From: Lama glama
Lineage: Eukaryota
Direction: 5' to 3'
Length of the DNA: 60,000 bases
NCBI GenBank assembly: GCA_028534125.1
Contig: CM052816.1
Span: forward strand, 10,728,001-10,788,000
Part shown: piece after piece, positions 38,843-53,371 of the stretch
Layout of the letters: each line of letters starts with the position of its first letter
How positions within the stretch are numbered: the stretch's first letter is position 1
The notes under the pieces: generated by a model
Databases searched by the model: none
Seen by the model: only the letters and a program-made list of their open reading frames with translations
Told to the model about the DNA's origin: nothing
Translations under genes and position numbers: made by a program

Positions 38843-40317
38843 TTTTGCTTTTACTTCTTTTGCCTTAGGGGACAGATCCAAAAAGCACTCTTTGATTTAT
38901 GTCAAAGAGTGTTCTGCACATGTTTTCTTTTGGGAGTTTAAAGGTTTCAGGTCCTACATTTATGTCTTTAATTCGTTTTGAGTTTATTTTTGTGTATAGT
39001 GTGAAGAAATGTTCTAACCTCATTGTTTTATGTGTAGCTGTCCAGTTTTCCCATCACCACTTATTGAAGAGATTATCTTTTCTCTATTATGTATTCTTTC
39101 CTCTTTTGTTGTAGATTAATTTGCCATAGGTGTGTGAATTTATTTCTGGGCGCTCTATTTTGTTCTGTTGATCCATATGTCTGTTTTTGTGCCAGTGCCT
39201 TGCTGTTTTGATTACCATAGCTATGCAGTATGGTCTGAAGTCAGGGAGTATGATTCCTCCAGCTTTGTTTTTTGTTTTGTTTTGTTTTCCTCTCAATATT
39301 ACTTTGGCAATTCAGGGTCTTTCGTGGTTCCACATGAATTTTAGGATTATTTGCTCTAGCTCTGTGGAAAAGTGTCATGGGTATTTTGACAGAGATTTCA
39401 TTAAACCTGTTGATTGCTTCAGGTAGTATGGACATTTTAACTTCAAAGCTTTTGCACAGTAAAGGAAACCATCAACAAAATGAAAAGACAAACTACTGAA
39501 TGGGAGAAGATACTTGCAGATTATATGACCAATAAGAGGTTAATATCCAAGATATATAAACAGCTTATACAAATCAATATCAGAAAAACAACCCAATTAA
39601 AAAATGGGCAGAAGACCTGACTACACATTTTTCTAAGAAGACATACACATGGCCAACAGGCACATGTAAAGATGCTCATTGTTGCTAACCATCAGAGAAA
39701 TGCAAATCAAAACCACAATGATGTCTCACCTCACACCTCTCAGAATGGCTATCCTCCAAAAGGCCATAAATAACAAAAACTGTTGAGGATGTAAAGGAAA
39801 CTCCTGTACACTGTGGTGGGAATGTAAATTAGTGCAGCCACTGTAGTAAACACTATGGAAATTCCTCAAAAAATTAAAAATAGAACTGCCATATGGCCCA
39901 ACAATTCCACTCCTGGAATTTCCAAAGAACTTGAAAACAATTATTTCAAAAGATGCATGTACCCTGATAAGCAACCTAAGTGCCCATCAATAGATGAATG
40001 GATAAAGATGGAGTGTGTGTGTGTGGGGGGAGGTGTATGTGTATACACATACACAATGGACTATGACTCAGCCATAAATAATAATGAAATTCTATCATTT
40101 GCAACAATGTGGATGGACCTAGAGAGTACTATGCTTAGTGAATTAAGTCAGATAGACAAATACTGTGATATCACTTATATGTGGAACCTAAAAAATAAAA
40201 CAAATGTATGTAACAAAACAGAAACATACTCACAGATATGGAGAAGTTTAATGGTTACCAATGGGGAGAGGAAAGTTGGGGGAGGCAAGATAGCAGTCTG
40301 GGATTAAGAGGTAAAAA
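38843..40317 (+). mobile_element. 5'-inverted, truncated L1 (inverted part ~38843-39440; sense part ~39441-40317, running into the gap)
   Basis: Minus-strand ORF2 remnants ([31 protein letters not shown]) abut plus-strand ORF2 C-terminal and 3'UTR remnants (KQPKCPSIDEWIK; FATMWMDLE). Confidence 0.9.
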
Positions 40318-40817
40318 NNNNNNNNNNNNNNNNNNNNNNNNNNNNNNNNNNNNNNNNNNNNNNNNNNNNNNNNNNNNNNNNNNNNNNNNNNNNNNNNNNN
40401 NNNNNNNNNNNNNNNNNNNNNNNNNNNNNNNNNNNNNNNNNNNNNNNNNNNNNNNNNNNNNNNNNNNNNNNNNNNNNNNNNNNNNNNNNNNNNNNNNNNN
40501 NNNNNNNNNNNNNNNNNNNNNNNNNNNNNNNNNNNNNNNNNNNNNNNNNNNNNNNNNNNNNNNNNNNNNNNNNNNNNNNNNNNNNNNNNNNNNNNNNNNN
40601 NNNNNNNNNNNNNNNNNNNNNNNNNNNNNNNNNNNNNNNNNNNNNNNNNNNNNNNNNNNNNNNNNNNNNNNNNNNNNNNNNNNNNNNNNNNNNNNNNNNN
40701 NNNNNNNNNNNNNNNNNNNNNNNNNNNNNNNNNNNNNNNNNNNNNNNNNNNNNNNNNNNNNNNNNNNNNNNNNNNNNNNNNNNNNNNNNNNNNNNNNNNN
40801 NNNNNNNNNNNNNNNNN
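40318..40817. other. Assembly gap (500 N)
   Basis: Run of N. Confidence 1.
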
Positions 40818-43800
40818 TAAACTTTCTGGGAGGAGTGGAGTCAGGAGGCCTTATGAAGCCCTTTGAAAATCTGATGAAAATTTGATGAAATCTAAGGTTA
40901 TCCACAGGGACAAAAAATGCTTTTAAAAAAGCCGTAAACTTACCATAGGCCATATAGTTTCAGAGAGATCATAGGTTCCCATGAAGTTCATCCCTCAGTG
41001 GCTGATCAAGCATTTCTAATCTACAAGATGAAAGAAATTTGAGGTGAATACATATGCATAGCATAACTGAGGCATGGATGTGAGGTAGTTCAAGGGGCCG
41101 ATAATGTTTCCCATGTGAGAAATGAGAGTGGTGGTTCTGGCTTCAGAATGACGTGGCCCAGAAACATGGATGAAGCCCCATCATCTCAAAGGGCTCACCT
41201 TGAAGTCTGTCCAGTCCAAATAGGATTTAGAATTCTAAGAGCTTTCTAACATCAAACCCCTTCCTTCCTTCCCTGATCTGATTCCATTTCTGGCCAGTAG
41301 GAGGGGCAGCCCTAGCTGCCCGTGTTGTGACTACCTCTCGCCCACAGGAAAGTTTGGGAGGTAGGAGTGGGGATTTCTCACAATTTGAAAATACAAAGAG
41401 TGCATTTAACCTGGGGTTTTCTTTTTCCTTTTGGGGGGGGGTGTGGGGGTAGGGAGTAGGGGAAGGCAGGTGAGCGGAAACAGAGCCAGTTGGAAAGAGT
41501 ATACTTCTGAAAATACTGCAATGATACCTAACGTCTTACCCAAGAGTAGCTAATGCTGCTGCCCTTTGGATGAGATGGAACCAGGTAGAATTTGTACTAG
41601 TGAGTAATTAAGGAGGAGAGAGAACTCCGTGTGTTCAGAAAAAGGTGTTGTTGCACCTAGCTTCTGCTTTGAGTTTCGGTGCATTCAATTTTTATGTACA
41701 GGGAGGATAGAAGACCTTGACTAATCCTCCCTAGTCTTCGAAAATCTCAGTTCAAATCACACTTTTTTTCCCCAAAGTCCTCCTTGACTAAGTTCTCTCT
41801 TCTGAACTCCTGTATTAGAGATTCTAATTCATAATTTAATGCTAATGAAACAGAATATTGGCCGCTATTATTTAATGCATGTTTGTCTTCTTTTCCTGCT
41901 TGTAGTCTCCCTGAGGGTGGATATATTACATCTCTCCCACTAGAGAGTAAGCTTCATCAGGTCAGGGACACATCTGGTTCTTTTATGACTCTAATTCCAT
42001 TACAATGTCTTGCATATTATAGGCCATCAAAAGATAATTTTGAATGAGCAGTTCTAATATTCCAGCCTCATTTCTAGCTCTGGTTTCTATGCTACATATA
42101 CCATATTTACTGGTAGTTGAAGAGAAAGGCAATTTGTTTTTCGTTTGCATAAAACAAGTCTGAAGGACTATTTGAAGTGGTAGAATCTGAGACTAATTTT
42201 TGAATTCTGACTGTCATGGTTGATGAACCTCCCAAAATACGTGGGGTATTTGGGTAGTGTCTAGGTTTCATGAAACTTTCTGTTGGTTTTAATTTTTGGT
42301 TATGTCCTAGAGCTGTACTTTTAAATCACAAGTTGACTCAAAGGAGAGATTAATTTGGTTATTCTAAAAACAAAGAAAAGAAACTAAGATTTGTCAAGCA
42401 ACAACTTTACCTAAGCACTGAGCTGAATAATTTTACATCTGTTATCTCAGGTAACTGTCAAAAGAACCCTGCAAATAGTAATGCATTTTCTTCTTTTAGA
42501 TGAAGAAAGCATTTCAGAGAGGTAAATAATTTACTTAGACATTAAGTAAGTTGTGTGAGAGCTGAGTGTCTGGTCCAGAGGAATCATTCAACTAAATGTT
42601 GAATAAAATTTATCCAAGAGTTCTCAATCGGGCAGCCATGGATCCAGTCTGAGTTTGAACCCAAAGCTGTTGGTAGTCGAAGCCCATCCTCTTTCCACTG
42701 CTGACTCTCCTCTAAATAGAAGTTAGAAATTCTTGTAGAGAAAAAACAGAATCAACATGATCAGCTTTTCATTTGAGCTCTTTTCTCTTTCAACTCAGGC
42801 TCCATAAGACTCAAGTATTCAACATTTGGCCCCAAATATCATTTTCCTCTGTCTGTGCTTTTTGCCCAGAGATGATGCTAAAGATAAACTTGATTTCCTG
42901 GCAACAACTCCGCCAGGAACTGGGAGCTGTTAGAACACAGTCTTCCTGATACCCTAAGGAAGCAAAAATAAACACTTGGAAAGAAGGGTGAATAAAATTG
43001 CTGAAACGGCGACACCATTGGCATCTTAGTCTTGTCTCCTCCTCTTCACAGGGTAAGGGGTTAGTGGCTGTCCAAACATTGCCAAGAGGTCAGCAAGTTA
43101 GAATTTTATCATGTTTCATTGTTCCGGTCTGCAGTCTTGTTTTTAATAGAATCCTGGCTCTCCGGGTTGCCGATGACTGTATCACATGGTCAGCAGATTT
43201 AAAAGCCTTTTCCTAAGCTATAGTAAAAAGGAGAAGATACTAAATTTTACGGGGGCAAACTCTAGTTCTTACACTTACTCCCAGCTGACACAAATAAGTG
43301 ATTTTTAATTTTTTAGAAATTGAATCTACATTTTAGGACTCAATTTGAATCTATGCTTTTTAAATTCAAGTGCTGCATAAAAAACAATAAAATTGCTTTT
43401 CTGCCACCCCCACTGGCATGGAAGAGATGAGGTGAGCGATATCTGTCTGAAGAAGAGTATTGTATAGGGCCCTGGTAGAACCAGCTCCTAACTAATTAGA
43501 AGTTATACAGAGGGAGACTGGAGATCAGTATGTGCAGCAATCTTCTGGTGTTCAGCCTATCAAAGAGCGCAAGGGACGGGCTTGGGAGATGGTCTTTACA
43601 CCGGGAGGATGGATAGCCAGTTATCGGAAATGCTAAGAGGGTGGAGTCGGGAAGATTGGGCTAAACCTCTTATGCACCCTCTGACTAGAATTTCTTTAAT
43701 TCTCACTTCCCAAAATGTCCTTTGCCTTTGGGAACTAGCATTTTGCTTTTGTTTCTTGTTTCAAGGAAATCTTATCAGGAGAGACAGAATGGAGGTCCAA

Positions 43801-44497
43801 AGGATAATATATAAGGAATTGTTTAAGATTTGTTAGACAAGCTAGTACATGTTAGTCATAAATATGTTAATACAACACACACACATACGCACAAACACAC
43901 TATGAGGATGGGGCAGAGAGCAGACATTTCACGTACCCGGGGTCCTGTTTCCAGCCCTACCTTAACCCTATGCTGTAGTCGGCCCTCATCCCTCCCTCTG
44001 TATCTTCTCTCTCCTGTTGTCTGCACCTTCCCTTCCCCGTCCCTTCTTTCTAGCTCTGTGATCTTGGGGACTCATTTAACTACATGTGCTTAATCACGTG
44101 CTTTAGCTTCCTATCCTATAAAATAGAGATATTAGTGGCTCCTTGCAAATGCATTCTAAGTGTTAGAATGTATGTAAAATACCAACATGGGGTCTAGCAA
44201 GTGGAAGGCAGCTGTTTTTATTTTTCTTTCTTATGTTTATTCAGTAGATAAAGACTGTAACACTAGGTTGGATATATGCTAGGCTCACTTTTAGGAATAC
44301 AAATATAGGACCTTCTCATCAGAAGCTCACAAAATACTCAGAAAGGCATTCTTTTCCTGCAGGGTGGGACATGGTGCTCAGGAGCAAACTTATCCCAGAA
44401 CTCAGCTCAGATATCCAGATTCCTCATGAATCAATTTCTCTGATTCCATGTTCCTCTATTCGGGAAGCTATTGTTCCTTCTTTTGAACTTGCTGGAG

Positions 44498-45007
44498 GTG
44501 TGCTATCCAGTGATGTCACCGTGTATGTGGCTGCTGTGAGGTGTGGTTATTTCATTTGAGATGTGCTATAAGTGTAAAGCACACACTAGGCTTCGAACAC
44601 TTAGTATACAAAATGTACAAATAGCTCATCAATAACGTTTTAATATTGGCTACACATAAAAATGATATTTTGGTTATATTGGGTTAAATGAAATATGAAA
44701 TTATTTAATTACTAAAATAATGAGAAGCAATAAAAAGTAATCTTTTTATGCTTTTTTAAATTGAGTTATAGTCAGTTTACAATGTTGTATCAATTTCCAG
44801 TGTAAAGCACAATTTTTCAGTTATACATGAACATACATATATTCTTTGTCACATTTTTTTCACTGTGAGCTACCACAAGATCTTGTATATATTTCCCTGT
44901 GCTATACAGTATAATCTTGTTTATCTATTTTTATACTTTTTAATGTACTTACTGGAAAATTTGGAATCGCATGTGTAGCCCGCATTTTATTTCTCTCGGA
45001 CGTGCTG
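44498..45007 (+). mobile_element. MER33-like element split by a young minus-strand L1 3' end (~44752-44930)
   Basis: MER33 motifs (ttgagatgtgctataagtgtaaa; atattgggttaaat; ctactggaaaattt-like end) surround aaattgagttatagtcagtttacaatg...tttccctgtgctatacag. Confidence 0.75.
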
Positions 45008-47359
45008 TCCCAGTGCTTCACAGTGCCACTTCACGGCCACACCATTTTCTTCTCCCATCCCCCATGTGACACTCGAACATATTTGTCACAGGGATTATTT
45101 TCGCTTCTAAATTTTAAACTCCTCCAGGACACCGTTTACCGTTATTGTTGATGCTGCAGTTTGTTGTCATAGCGCCTAACATCATGTCTTCAATACATAT
45201 TTGTTGAATGAATGGGTGGATGAATGGATGCATGGACGGATAGATGGACAGGAGCAATATTCTGAGGCCTGTGAATATAATGGGAACTTAATCTTCCAAT
45301 GTCTTTGAGGCAGAAGGCAAGTTCAGTGGCTGCAAACTGTTGAAAAGTTAACTTATCTCACCAAGATGGTATTGTACCAATTACATAAAAAAAAAAAAGA
45401 TCTAAGCACTAGGCTAAACAATGTGTCCTATGATGCTTCTGCCTCTGCATCTAGCCCTATGACCTTTGGTGATGACTAGTGTCTACCAGGGACAGTTCTC
45501 AGAGTTGCATAGATGTCTGAGTTTTGCAAATGACAGGTATCTGGCTGCTGCTCATTAGGCAAAGCCACAGAACCTCTAAGACACTGTCGTCCCTGAAAGG
45601 TAAGAGTCTAGAAGCGGGGAGAGCATCAGTCTCTAAGGATTCATCTCAGGACAGCTGGCAAACAGCACTCCTCCAGGAGCTGCACAGAATCAGCTCAACC
45701 TTAACAAAATATGAGTGGAGTCCAGTGAGTTGGATTTTCAAACAGGGTCATCTCGGTCTGACTCAGCACCTTAAACAAAGGAAATGAGAAAATAAAGGCA
45801 ACTCTTGCCATGGATCCAATACTACAATCTTGACAAAATACCCCGTATAGGAGACTTGCCAATACGTTGCTACCATATGGCTGTGGCTGGGACTTTCTTA
45901 TCACATTATCCAGAGATATTTCCCAGTGAAGAGCCTTAAGGACTTTGTGGTGGGCTGCAGCCAAAGTAGGTATTGTAAGAGATTTCACAGGAGCTCATAC
46001 TCCCAAGTAGGTGGGGTGGGGAGTGAGTTAGAATGTTTTCATCCATTTGAGAATTTAGCAACTGGTATGTTGACTGCAGTGGGTTTGTTGGTAGCTGAAT
46101 GGGCAGGGAGTATTGGGCAGAATTACTTGGAGACCTAAGAGTGACTTTTCCTGTCACAGTTTGGAAAATAATAATGAAAATGAAAATAATAGTTATTGAG
46201 TGTTTATTATGTGCTAGACATGTTGTGCAGTATTAAATCTGAACTGTTGCATTTATACATCACAGACAACCCAGTGAGATGGGTGGTGTGATGATCACCT
46301 TCTTAACCAAGGCTGAGGAAGTTTTTTACTTAACCAAAGGTCACATAGCTTACAACTGGTAGAGCTGGGATGCTAACGCAGGTCCTAAGGCTCTAATTCA
46401 CATGATATACAGGATATCTTTGCAGATTTAGCTTCTGTTTTCCTTACCATAATGCAGTTTCTGGTTACTGCCATGAAGAGAGGAGAACATTCTGTTAGCC
46501 TCAAGTGCAAATGATGAATCCTTTACTGGTTATCTGCACTGTGCAGTCTAAAGTAGAGGGAAGCATGGTATGGTGGGAGATGCTTAGGGCCAGCCTGGAA
46601 ACCTGGGTCTAGGCCAGGCTCTGCCAGCTTGCCACTTTTCTGAGCCTCTATTTCTTCATCTGTAGACTGTGAGGGCTAGGATATACTGAGTTTGCTGGTT
46701 TCATGTGCTGTTCTGCGTCTCCAGGTCTTGGAAACTTAGGAAAAGGAGAGATGTGAAGCAGTGGTCATTCCACCCCAGGTTCATTGTGGACACTTGACAA
46801 GCTGAAGGTGAACATCTTTTCTAGAGCTAAACCTGCCTTGCAATGCTGCTATCTTGAGCTTGGTGCTGCCTCATAAAGTTGTAGACTAGGAGCTCAGAGC
46901 AGTCTCTGCCGTTTCTCTATAACTTGGCTACTTTTTGCAATCTACAGGGTATCTCTTAGTATCTTCCTGAAGGAACATTTTGAATTATTTTCTTTTGAAA
47001 TATAATACCTGAAAAAAATAAATACAATACTAAATGTGGTTATTGTTAGTCATTAAGGTTTTTTTCTACCAAAGTATAACTACAAATGGGCCAGTATGGC
47101 CTTAAAATTTTTTGAGATCATCTTTTATTCTGATTTCTGAAATCCGGTTTGGGAACACAAAGCAGAGTTTGACCTTTCTGAAGAATCATAAAGGTTTATG
47201 ACTTTTCCTGTGGGGAATGCAGCCAGTATTACTTACAGCTCTGGGCCTGGAGAATGAAACTTGATAACAAGGATGTTAGGTGTGTAGACATAGTGAAATA
47301 TTTATAGCCAAACCAAAACCAAAACAATCATTCAGTTCATCTAGAAAGGCATGGAAAGC

Positions 47360-47615
47360 AGGGGTTAAGACTTTTGGCTCTTGATTCAGATCGAATCATT
47401 CTAAATTCTAGTTCTGCCACGACTTAGTTGTAGCCTTAGTCAAGCCACCCATTCTATCAAAATGTCATTGTCGTCATCTTTATAAAACACGAATGATAAT
47501 AATGGGGCTTATACCCATCAAGTTATTATGAGAATGAAATGGCTTGTGCATGTAAAACACCTAAGACCTTGCCCTGCACATTGCATGGCCTCAGTTAATG
47601 TTAGCTCCTTCTATT
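47360..47615 (+). mobile_element. MIR SINE
   Basis: ggggttaagacttttggctc...ttctagttctgccac...aatgttagctc. Confidence 0.7.
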
Positions 47616-48208
47616 ATTAGAAGACAGATAATCTACCATGTGTAACAAGTATCCTTTTTTGAATTCTAGATATCATAAAATAGTCTTTTACCATGGAGAT
47701 CATTAGACAATAGATGAATGTCAGCAGAGAGGTAGTAAGAGCATTTCACCAGGGCCATTTTAGAGCCACATTAGCTAAAACCCTAGCGTAGATATAGAAA
47801 TGGCAGTCATTTCTTAATCTTAGAGATAAACTGATTCATATAATGATTCATCTCTAATTTCCCTACAGCATTATGTGAAAATTATTTCACTTCTGCACAT
47901 TGAATATTATTTGGTTCTTTGGATGTCAACTATTGATTCGTAGGAGATGAGGGGGTCAATAATAATAAATGTTTGAAGTTGTCATCTGTGCTGCTGTGGG
48001 GAGGATGGGAAGAGAGGGTCGGGGAGAGGGAGAGACAGAGAGAGACAGAAAGACACAGAGACAGACACACGGCTTGCCTGACAGCACTCCGGGGTCCGTC
48101 TCTTTACTTGCCATTCACCAGAGCTTCCTATGAAAATGCCTCAGAGGATGGAGACACTCTTTCAACATGTCATCCCCACAGTAGGTCAGGTGCAAGATTT
48201 CATAACCA

Positions 48209-48264
48209 TTGAATGCCCTGAAGTTACACACTGCCTTTGAATGCCCTGAAGTTACACACTGCCT
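48209..48264 (+). repeat. Perfect 28-bp tandem duplication
   Basis: TTGAATGCCCTGAAGTTACACACTGCCT twice. Confidence 0.97.
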
Positions 48265-49399
48265 TGTCACATTGAAGGCAAAACCTAGGTGGAAAATGCT
48301 ATGTTTCCATTGCTAGCATCCAAACAGACTAGGGGAATTTGGTGTGATGGTACACACAGGTTTTGTTTCAAGGCAGCCTAAGAACTTGGCTTACTTAGAT
48401 CCTTGCATGTACTCTTGCTGTGACTAGTGAAAGGCTTAAAGATGACAATGAAATTATTAGCTCATTAGCAAACATTTCATGAAAGGGAAAGCAGAACAGC
48501 AAGATCTCCCTGCTACTTAGGAATGTAGGTTAAAAAAATCCCTTTGTAGCATGTCTTCTGTCGAAGTGCTGCAGGCCAGGTACGTGTGTAAGGTGTTCTG
48601 TCGGATGATGAGCTTGATACATTGGTGTTGAAAGCATTTGAAAGCAATGATCCAGTGCGGAAATTTCAGAAACAATGATACTAGACATGACGTAAGAAGC
48701 AAAAGCAACCTGTGAAGTATCGGCTGGAAGTATCTGGAAATGTTTTAAGTACTTGGCTCTCTGGTATTATTGAAAACATGGCAATGAGGATGAATGGATC
48801 TCCCCTATCTAGTTGGCAGAGAATATTTATGCATACAGCTCAATCGCTTTGTGAAGTGATAGTATGGTAGCAAGTCACCTAATGACCTTGGAGACAATGA
48901 ATATTAAAGCTATCACTATAATAATTATAAGTAACCAGAAGATACCACTGGTTAATTGTAACATGTGATACATGCAGCCTGGCTAAACAAGCTAGAAGAA
49001 GAGTAAACCAAAGTTTAAGATTCAGGCACTGTCCTGGTACTTTATAGACATTGTTACATTTAAGTGTAACATCAACCTTATTGAGTGGATATGATTATGA
49101 TGATGGAATCATAATAGCTAATTTCCATGCAGGAGTTAACCTGTGTCAGATGTGTGTCCAGTGTATGACATAAATTATCTAATTTAGTTCTTACATTTGT
49201 CTAAGGTGTGTGAGATTAATAACAATTAGCTCCATTTTATAGATGAGTGAACTGAGGAATATTGATCAAAGTCTCTCAGCCAGGATTCAAACCCAGATCT
49301 TTCTCACTTTTAGAAGCACTGTGCATATAGGAGTAATGAAAATAAAATATAAAGAAATAATAAACAAAAAGAAAAACAAAAGGAAGAAGAAGAAGAAAC

Positions 49400-49600
49400 A
49401 GCTATTGAGTGTTGACTGTGTACCAGGCACTGGGCTATATGTTTCATGTAGCATATCTCATGTAACCCTCATAATCCTACTGTATCTATTTATTGATGAG
49501 AAAATAGAGACTTAAGAACTTGCCCAGTTTTACACAACTAGTAAGGTGCAGACAGAGATTGTGAACTCAATGCAGCATGACTCTGGAACCTAAATTATTA
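49400..49600 (-). mobile_element. MIR SINE
   Basis: tattgagtgttgactgtgtaccaggcactgggcta...gatgagaaaatagagac...acttgcccagttttacacaactagtaag. Confidence 0.75.
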
Positions 49601-51067
49601 CCCTATTTGCCTGTAATAAAAATGGATAATCATAATTGTAGGACTTTTTTATTTTTAAAAAAGATAATGCTGCCCTATAATGGAAGGACAGTTACATGAA
49701 TAAATGGGGGTTCATGGGCTAGAACTCTTTGGATTGTTTGAGGCATCCTTCTGTTTGAACCTGTCACCTGTGCCTCTTTTGTATAGGTTGATTTTATTTG
49801 TTTTATTTTCAGAACTCTTGATATGGTATCTCAATGAAATAGTACTTAACACACCATCCCCCACTTTGCCCGGAATTTCCTTAAAGTAGGCAAGCAGAGA
49901 GAGTTCTCATCATAGCCCCCAAAGTCTTAGCAGAGACTCTTGGTTTTAGCTGTGCTTGGCTTGACAAGAACAATGTGATTCTACTGATGCTGCAGACCAG
50001 ATAAGAAGATATGCTAATCCCTTGCCCATTTTTTAATGATACTGTTTTCTATTGCATACAAGCATTCACATTAACATTTCTATGCTTTAAAGAATAAAAA
50101 TCACTTTTTTGCAACTTACAAGATACCCCGACCAAAATAACTAAGCCATTCAGTTTTCTGATGAATCACATGTTAAAAATAGTTTTATTCTTATCACTTG
50201 ACAGGTTATTATAGATTTTTTTTTTAAAACAAAGAAAGAATCGGTGTTTATAAAGCTTTGGCCCCAAAGAACCATGACATGACATTAAGCATGGTAGCTG
50301 TGTCACTCTTGAGTGTATTTTTCTTCCTCCCATTAGAATAAAGATGAATTAGACCATAATCATGTTAAATCACATTAAACAGGCTTTTTTTTTCTTTTGG
50401 TCTTTTCTTTCTATAAAGAAATATCTCTTGTGCTACTCAGTCCATTTTTTGTCCCTTTTTTTCTGTGTTAGAGAAAATATTTCTGATTCAGAAGACTGCC
50501 CAGTGTCAAAGTTTATTTTTCCCTTGAATAATCACCAAATTGTCTTATTCCTGATTTTCTTTATTGGGACTTCATTTTGCCAAATCAGGGTTGTTAACCC
50601 ATCTGGATGTTTTTGTCTTTGTAACCTGTCTAAGGAGTTATTTGAACAACAGAAAGAATGATAAATGACATGTAATTTAGAACCAGAGCTGAGAATTCCA
50701 AAGGAAAAAAAAAATTTCCTCAGAGAGTTTGGCTTGCAGTAAAACAGGATTGTCATGTTTTTAGTGTTGTCTGTTTTGTGTTGGAAAAAAAAAATAGATC
50801 ATCTTTTTTGTCCATACAGTCACCCTCTGGTATTATCTCCATCTGGCTGTCTCTACAGCCCTGGGCCTCTTAGCTCTGAGTAAGTGTGTACCAGCAGCTA
50901 TTAATAGCAGAATCCTACAACAGTCTGCTGTCACAGATGGAATCTGATCTTCTGAAGACTAAGACCATAAAAACTCATTACAAAGAAAGCAGTGCATTCT
51001 TTGGCACTTAATGCAATTAAGCTATCTATAAATAAGGAACATTTTTAAAGGAATATACTGATTCTGG

Positions 51068-51184
51068 TTTGTGTATTTGGTTATTGATTTGGTCCTTGAT
51101 ACGTAAGTTTTTCTTTTATGATGTTGTAAAGACCTGTGGTAGTAATCGAAACACTACATGTAAAATTGCAAGAGAATATCTTGT
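51068..51184 (+). repeat. 117-bp dispersed direct repeat, copy 1
   Basis: Ungapped match to 53372-53488 with 11 mismatches by manual count. Confidence 0.93.
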
Positions 51185-51382
51185 TTCAGAGAAAGGTGAT
51201 GTTTAACTTGAGGGTATAATAGAAAATTCATCTCAACAAATAAAAGGGGGAAAAAACTTTGAACTAAAGAATATACATCATGGATCATAGAATCCACAGA
51301 GATATGCATGTCCCTCCAGGGGAGGTTGCTACTTAATCCCTTTAACTGTGACCATTGACCAGGACACCCACCATGAAAGAAA

Positions 51383-51399
51383 GCGCACGTGCACACGCG

Positions 51400-51436
<37 letters not shown>
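51383..51436. repeat. Alternating purine-pyrimidine (CG)6/(CA)n microsatellite
   Basis: 54 bp of uninterrupted RY alternation. Confidence 0.95.
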
Positions 51437-51438
<2 letters not shown>

Positions 51439-53371
51439 TGTCTCTCTCCAAACATATCCATGGAAACTCCCAGTTCTTTTCCCCCTACACATATCAGAGA
51501 CTGACAGAGATTGCTCCCTCTAAAGGAACTGTCTTAGTATCTCTAGTGAAGAGTGTAGGAAGAAGATGGAAAAAGGATTAAAATCTATTTCTGGACCCTC
51601 TTTCTCTGTGATCCCCTTGCTTCTCCAGTATTTACCAAGAGAATTAAGGGATTTATTAAATCAGATTAACTACTTGTGTCATCTGTTCCACACTCAGTAA
51701 TAGCAGAGACGCAGCGAGGCTAGGAAAATGAAAACCCAATGCTGTGCATGGAATTGATTCTTTATCAGTACTTACTATAAATGAAAGGGAGAAATTTTCT
51801 ATTTTCTCATTAGGTTAGAATGTAGGTTTTTTGAGGGAGGGGCCATATTGGTTTTGTTCACTTCTCTATCTCTAATATCTACTACAGTAAATATTATTGA
51901 ATAAATACATAAATATATCAAGTTAAGATAGCTTATGTGCTCTTGAAAAGAGTGGATAGAAATTCCTTCTCAGCTCTGTGCTGAAACACAATTCCTCAAA
52001 ATTTTATTGATATAAAACAATTAGAAAATAATGTATTCTCAGTGCCCTTTTCCCTTTTATTTCCATGTCAGTTTTTATGATCCATGCTGCCTTTTTTTTA
52101 ATATGTAAGAAACAGAATTCCCAAACACAATTCCCAAGCATAAATCTTCTATGGTACTTTGAAAATGATTTCTCATGCCAAATAATATAAATTCATTTAG
52201 GAACACAGGTTAATCTAATTGAACTAGGTTTGAAATTTTCTACCAATAGCTGTTAGGTTAGGGGTGAGGATGTGTGCATTCAGTGTAGGATAATAATCCC
52301 TGTCAATTCAACTGGCTCATTTATTCATTCCTTCATTTTCCCCAACTATCACATAATCCCTATGATGTGCTTGGTACAGAGAATACAATAGTGTGACCAA
52401 AAAAAAAAAAAAGTAGCCCTGACTTCATGGATCTAATGAGGATCCATGAGAGGGTAGGGAGAAAGCAGGACTTGAACAAGCAATTTCACTGAAGTGTAGA
52501 AACTGCCAACGTGAGTTAAAATTGTTAGCATCTAATATGAATCAGTCTCCAGTTTCATTAAAGAAATAAGATATAAATGTGTCGATAATTATATTCTATT
52601 AATTAATATATGTTAAATTGCTATCTGAGAAAATGGAGAGATAGCCCAGGACAATAGATGATTTGTTGAGAAATGTGTAGTATATTTAGAAGTGATAGTA
52701 ATTTAATTTCTCTGCATTTCTATGAAGTGGAACCATCTGTGAATACTCACAGAAGAAGGAGAATGTCAGCTGGGTCTTTAGGAATGGAAATGGTTTAAAT
52801 ATATGGAGATAGGATTGCACAATAATGTAACTGTTAGCATTGCTGAGTTTTGATTTCTAATGGAAAAAACAAAAACCACATCAAGTACATCTTATTTGAA
52901 CCCCTTTATGATACAGCAAAATAAATTCTAATTGGTTTAGAGATGCTGAATTGGTCATTTGTAAGTCAGCACACTCGAGGTTCCAGGAATTTATTCCCTT
53001 TCTGATTTGTTGTGTCATGTAATCTGGAGAATTTACCTTGGGTTAGAAGTTATAAGGCAAAGATTACAGTAAATTTCCTTTTATCTCTCTATTCCCCAAA
53101 GGGTTCATTTTTATTATTACCTCTAATGTGCCAGATAATTTGATCTCAAGAGTTCTATTCCAGTGTAAGGGACCCAAGAATGTCTGGCCAGCTTTTAAGA
53201 TAACCCACACCCAAAGTAACAGTTCAATATATGGGGCTGTGGACATGGTGGTTAAGAGAGTAAACTTTGGATTCAAAATTATCCAGTTTCATACTTTGGC
53301 TAAAACCACTCTTTGTTGTCTTGGGCAAGTTATTCGATCACTCCTAAATCACTTTATTTACAGGATGAGAT

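Noticed and set aside
39087..40307. ORFs resembling L1 ORF2
   Set aside because: Frameshifted, truncated retrotransposon remnants rather than host genes.
40238..40953. 215-aa and 232-aa ORFs
   Set aside because: Artefacts of the 500-N gap.
52425..52449. Hairpin TCATGGATC-N7-GATCCATGA
   Set aside because: A 9-bp stem inside an L2-like remnant; too short for a miRNA or structured RNA call.
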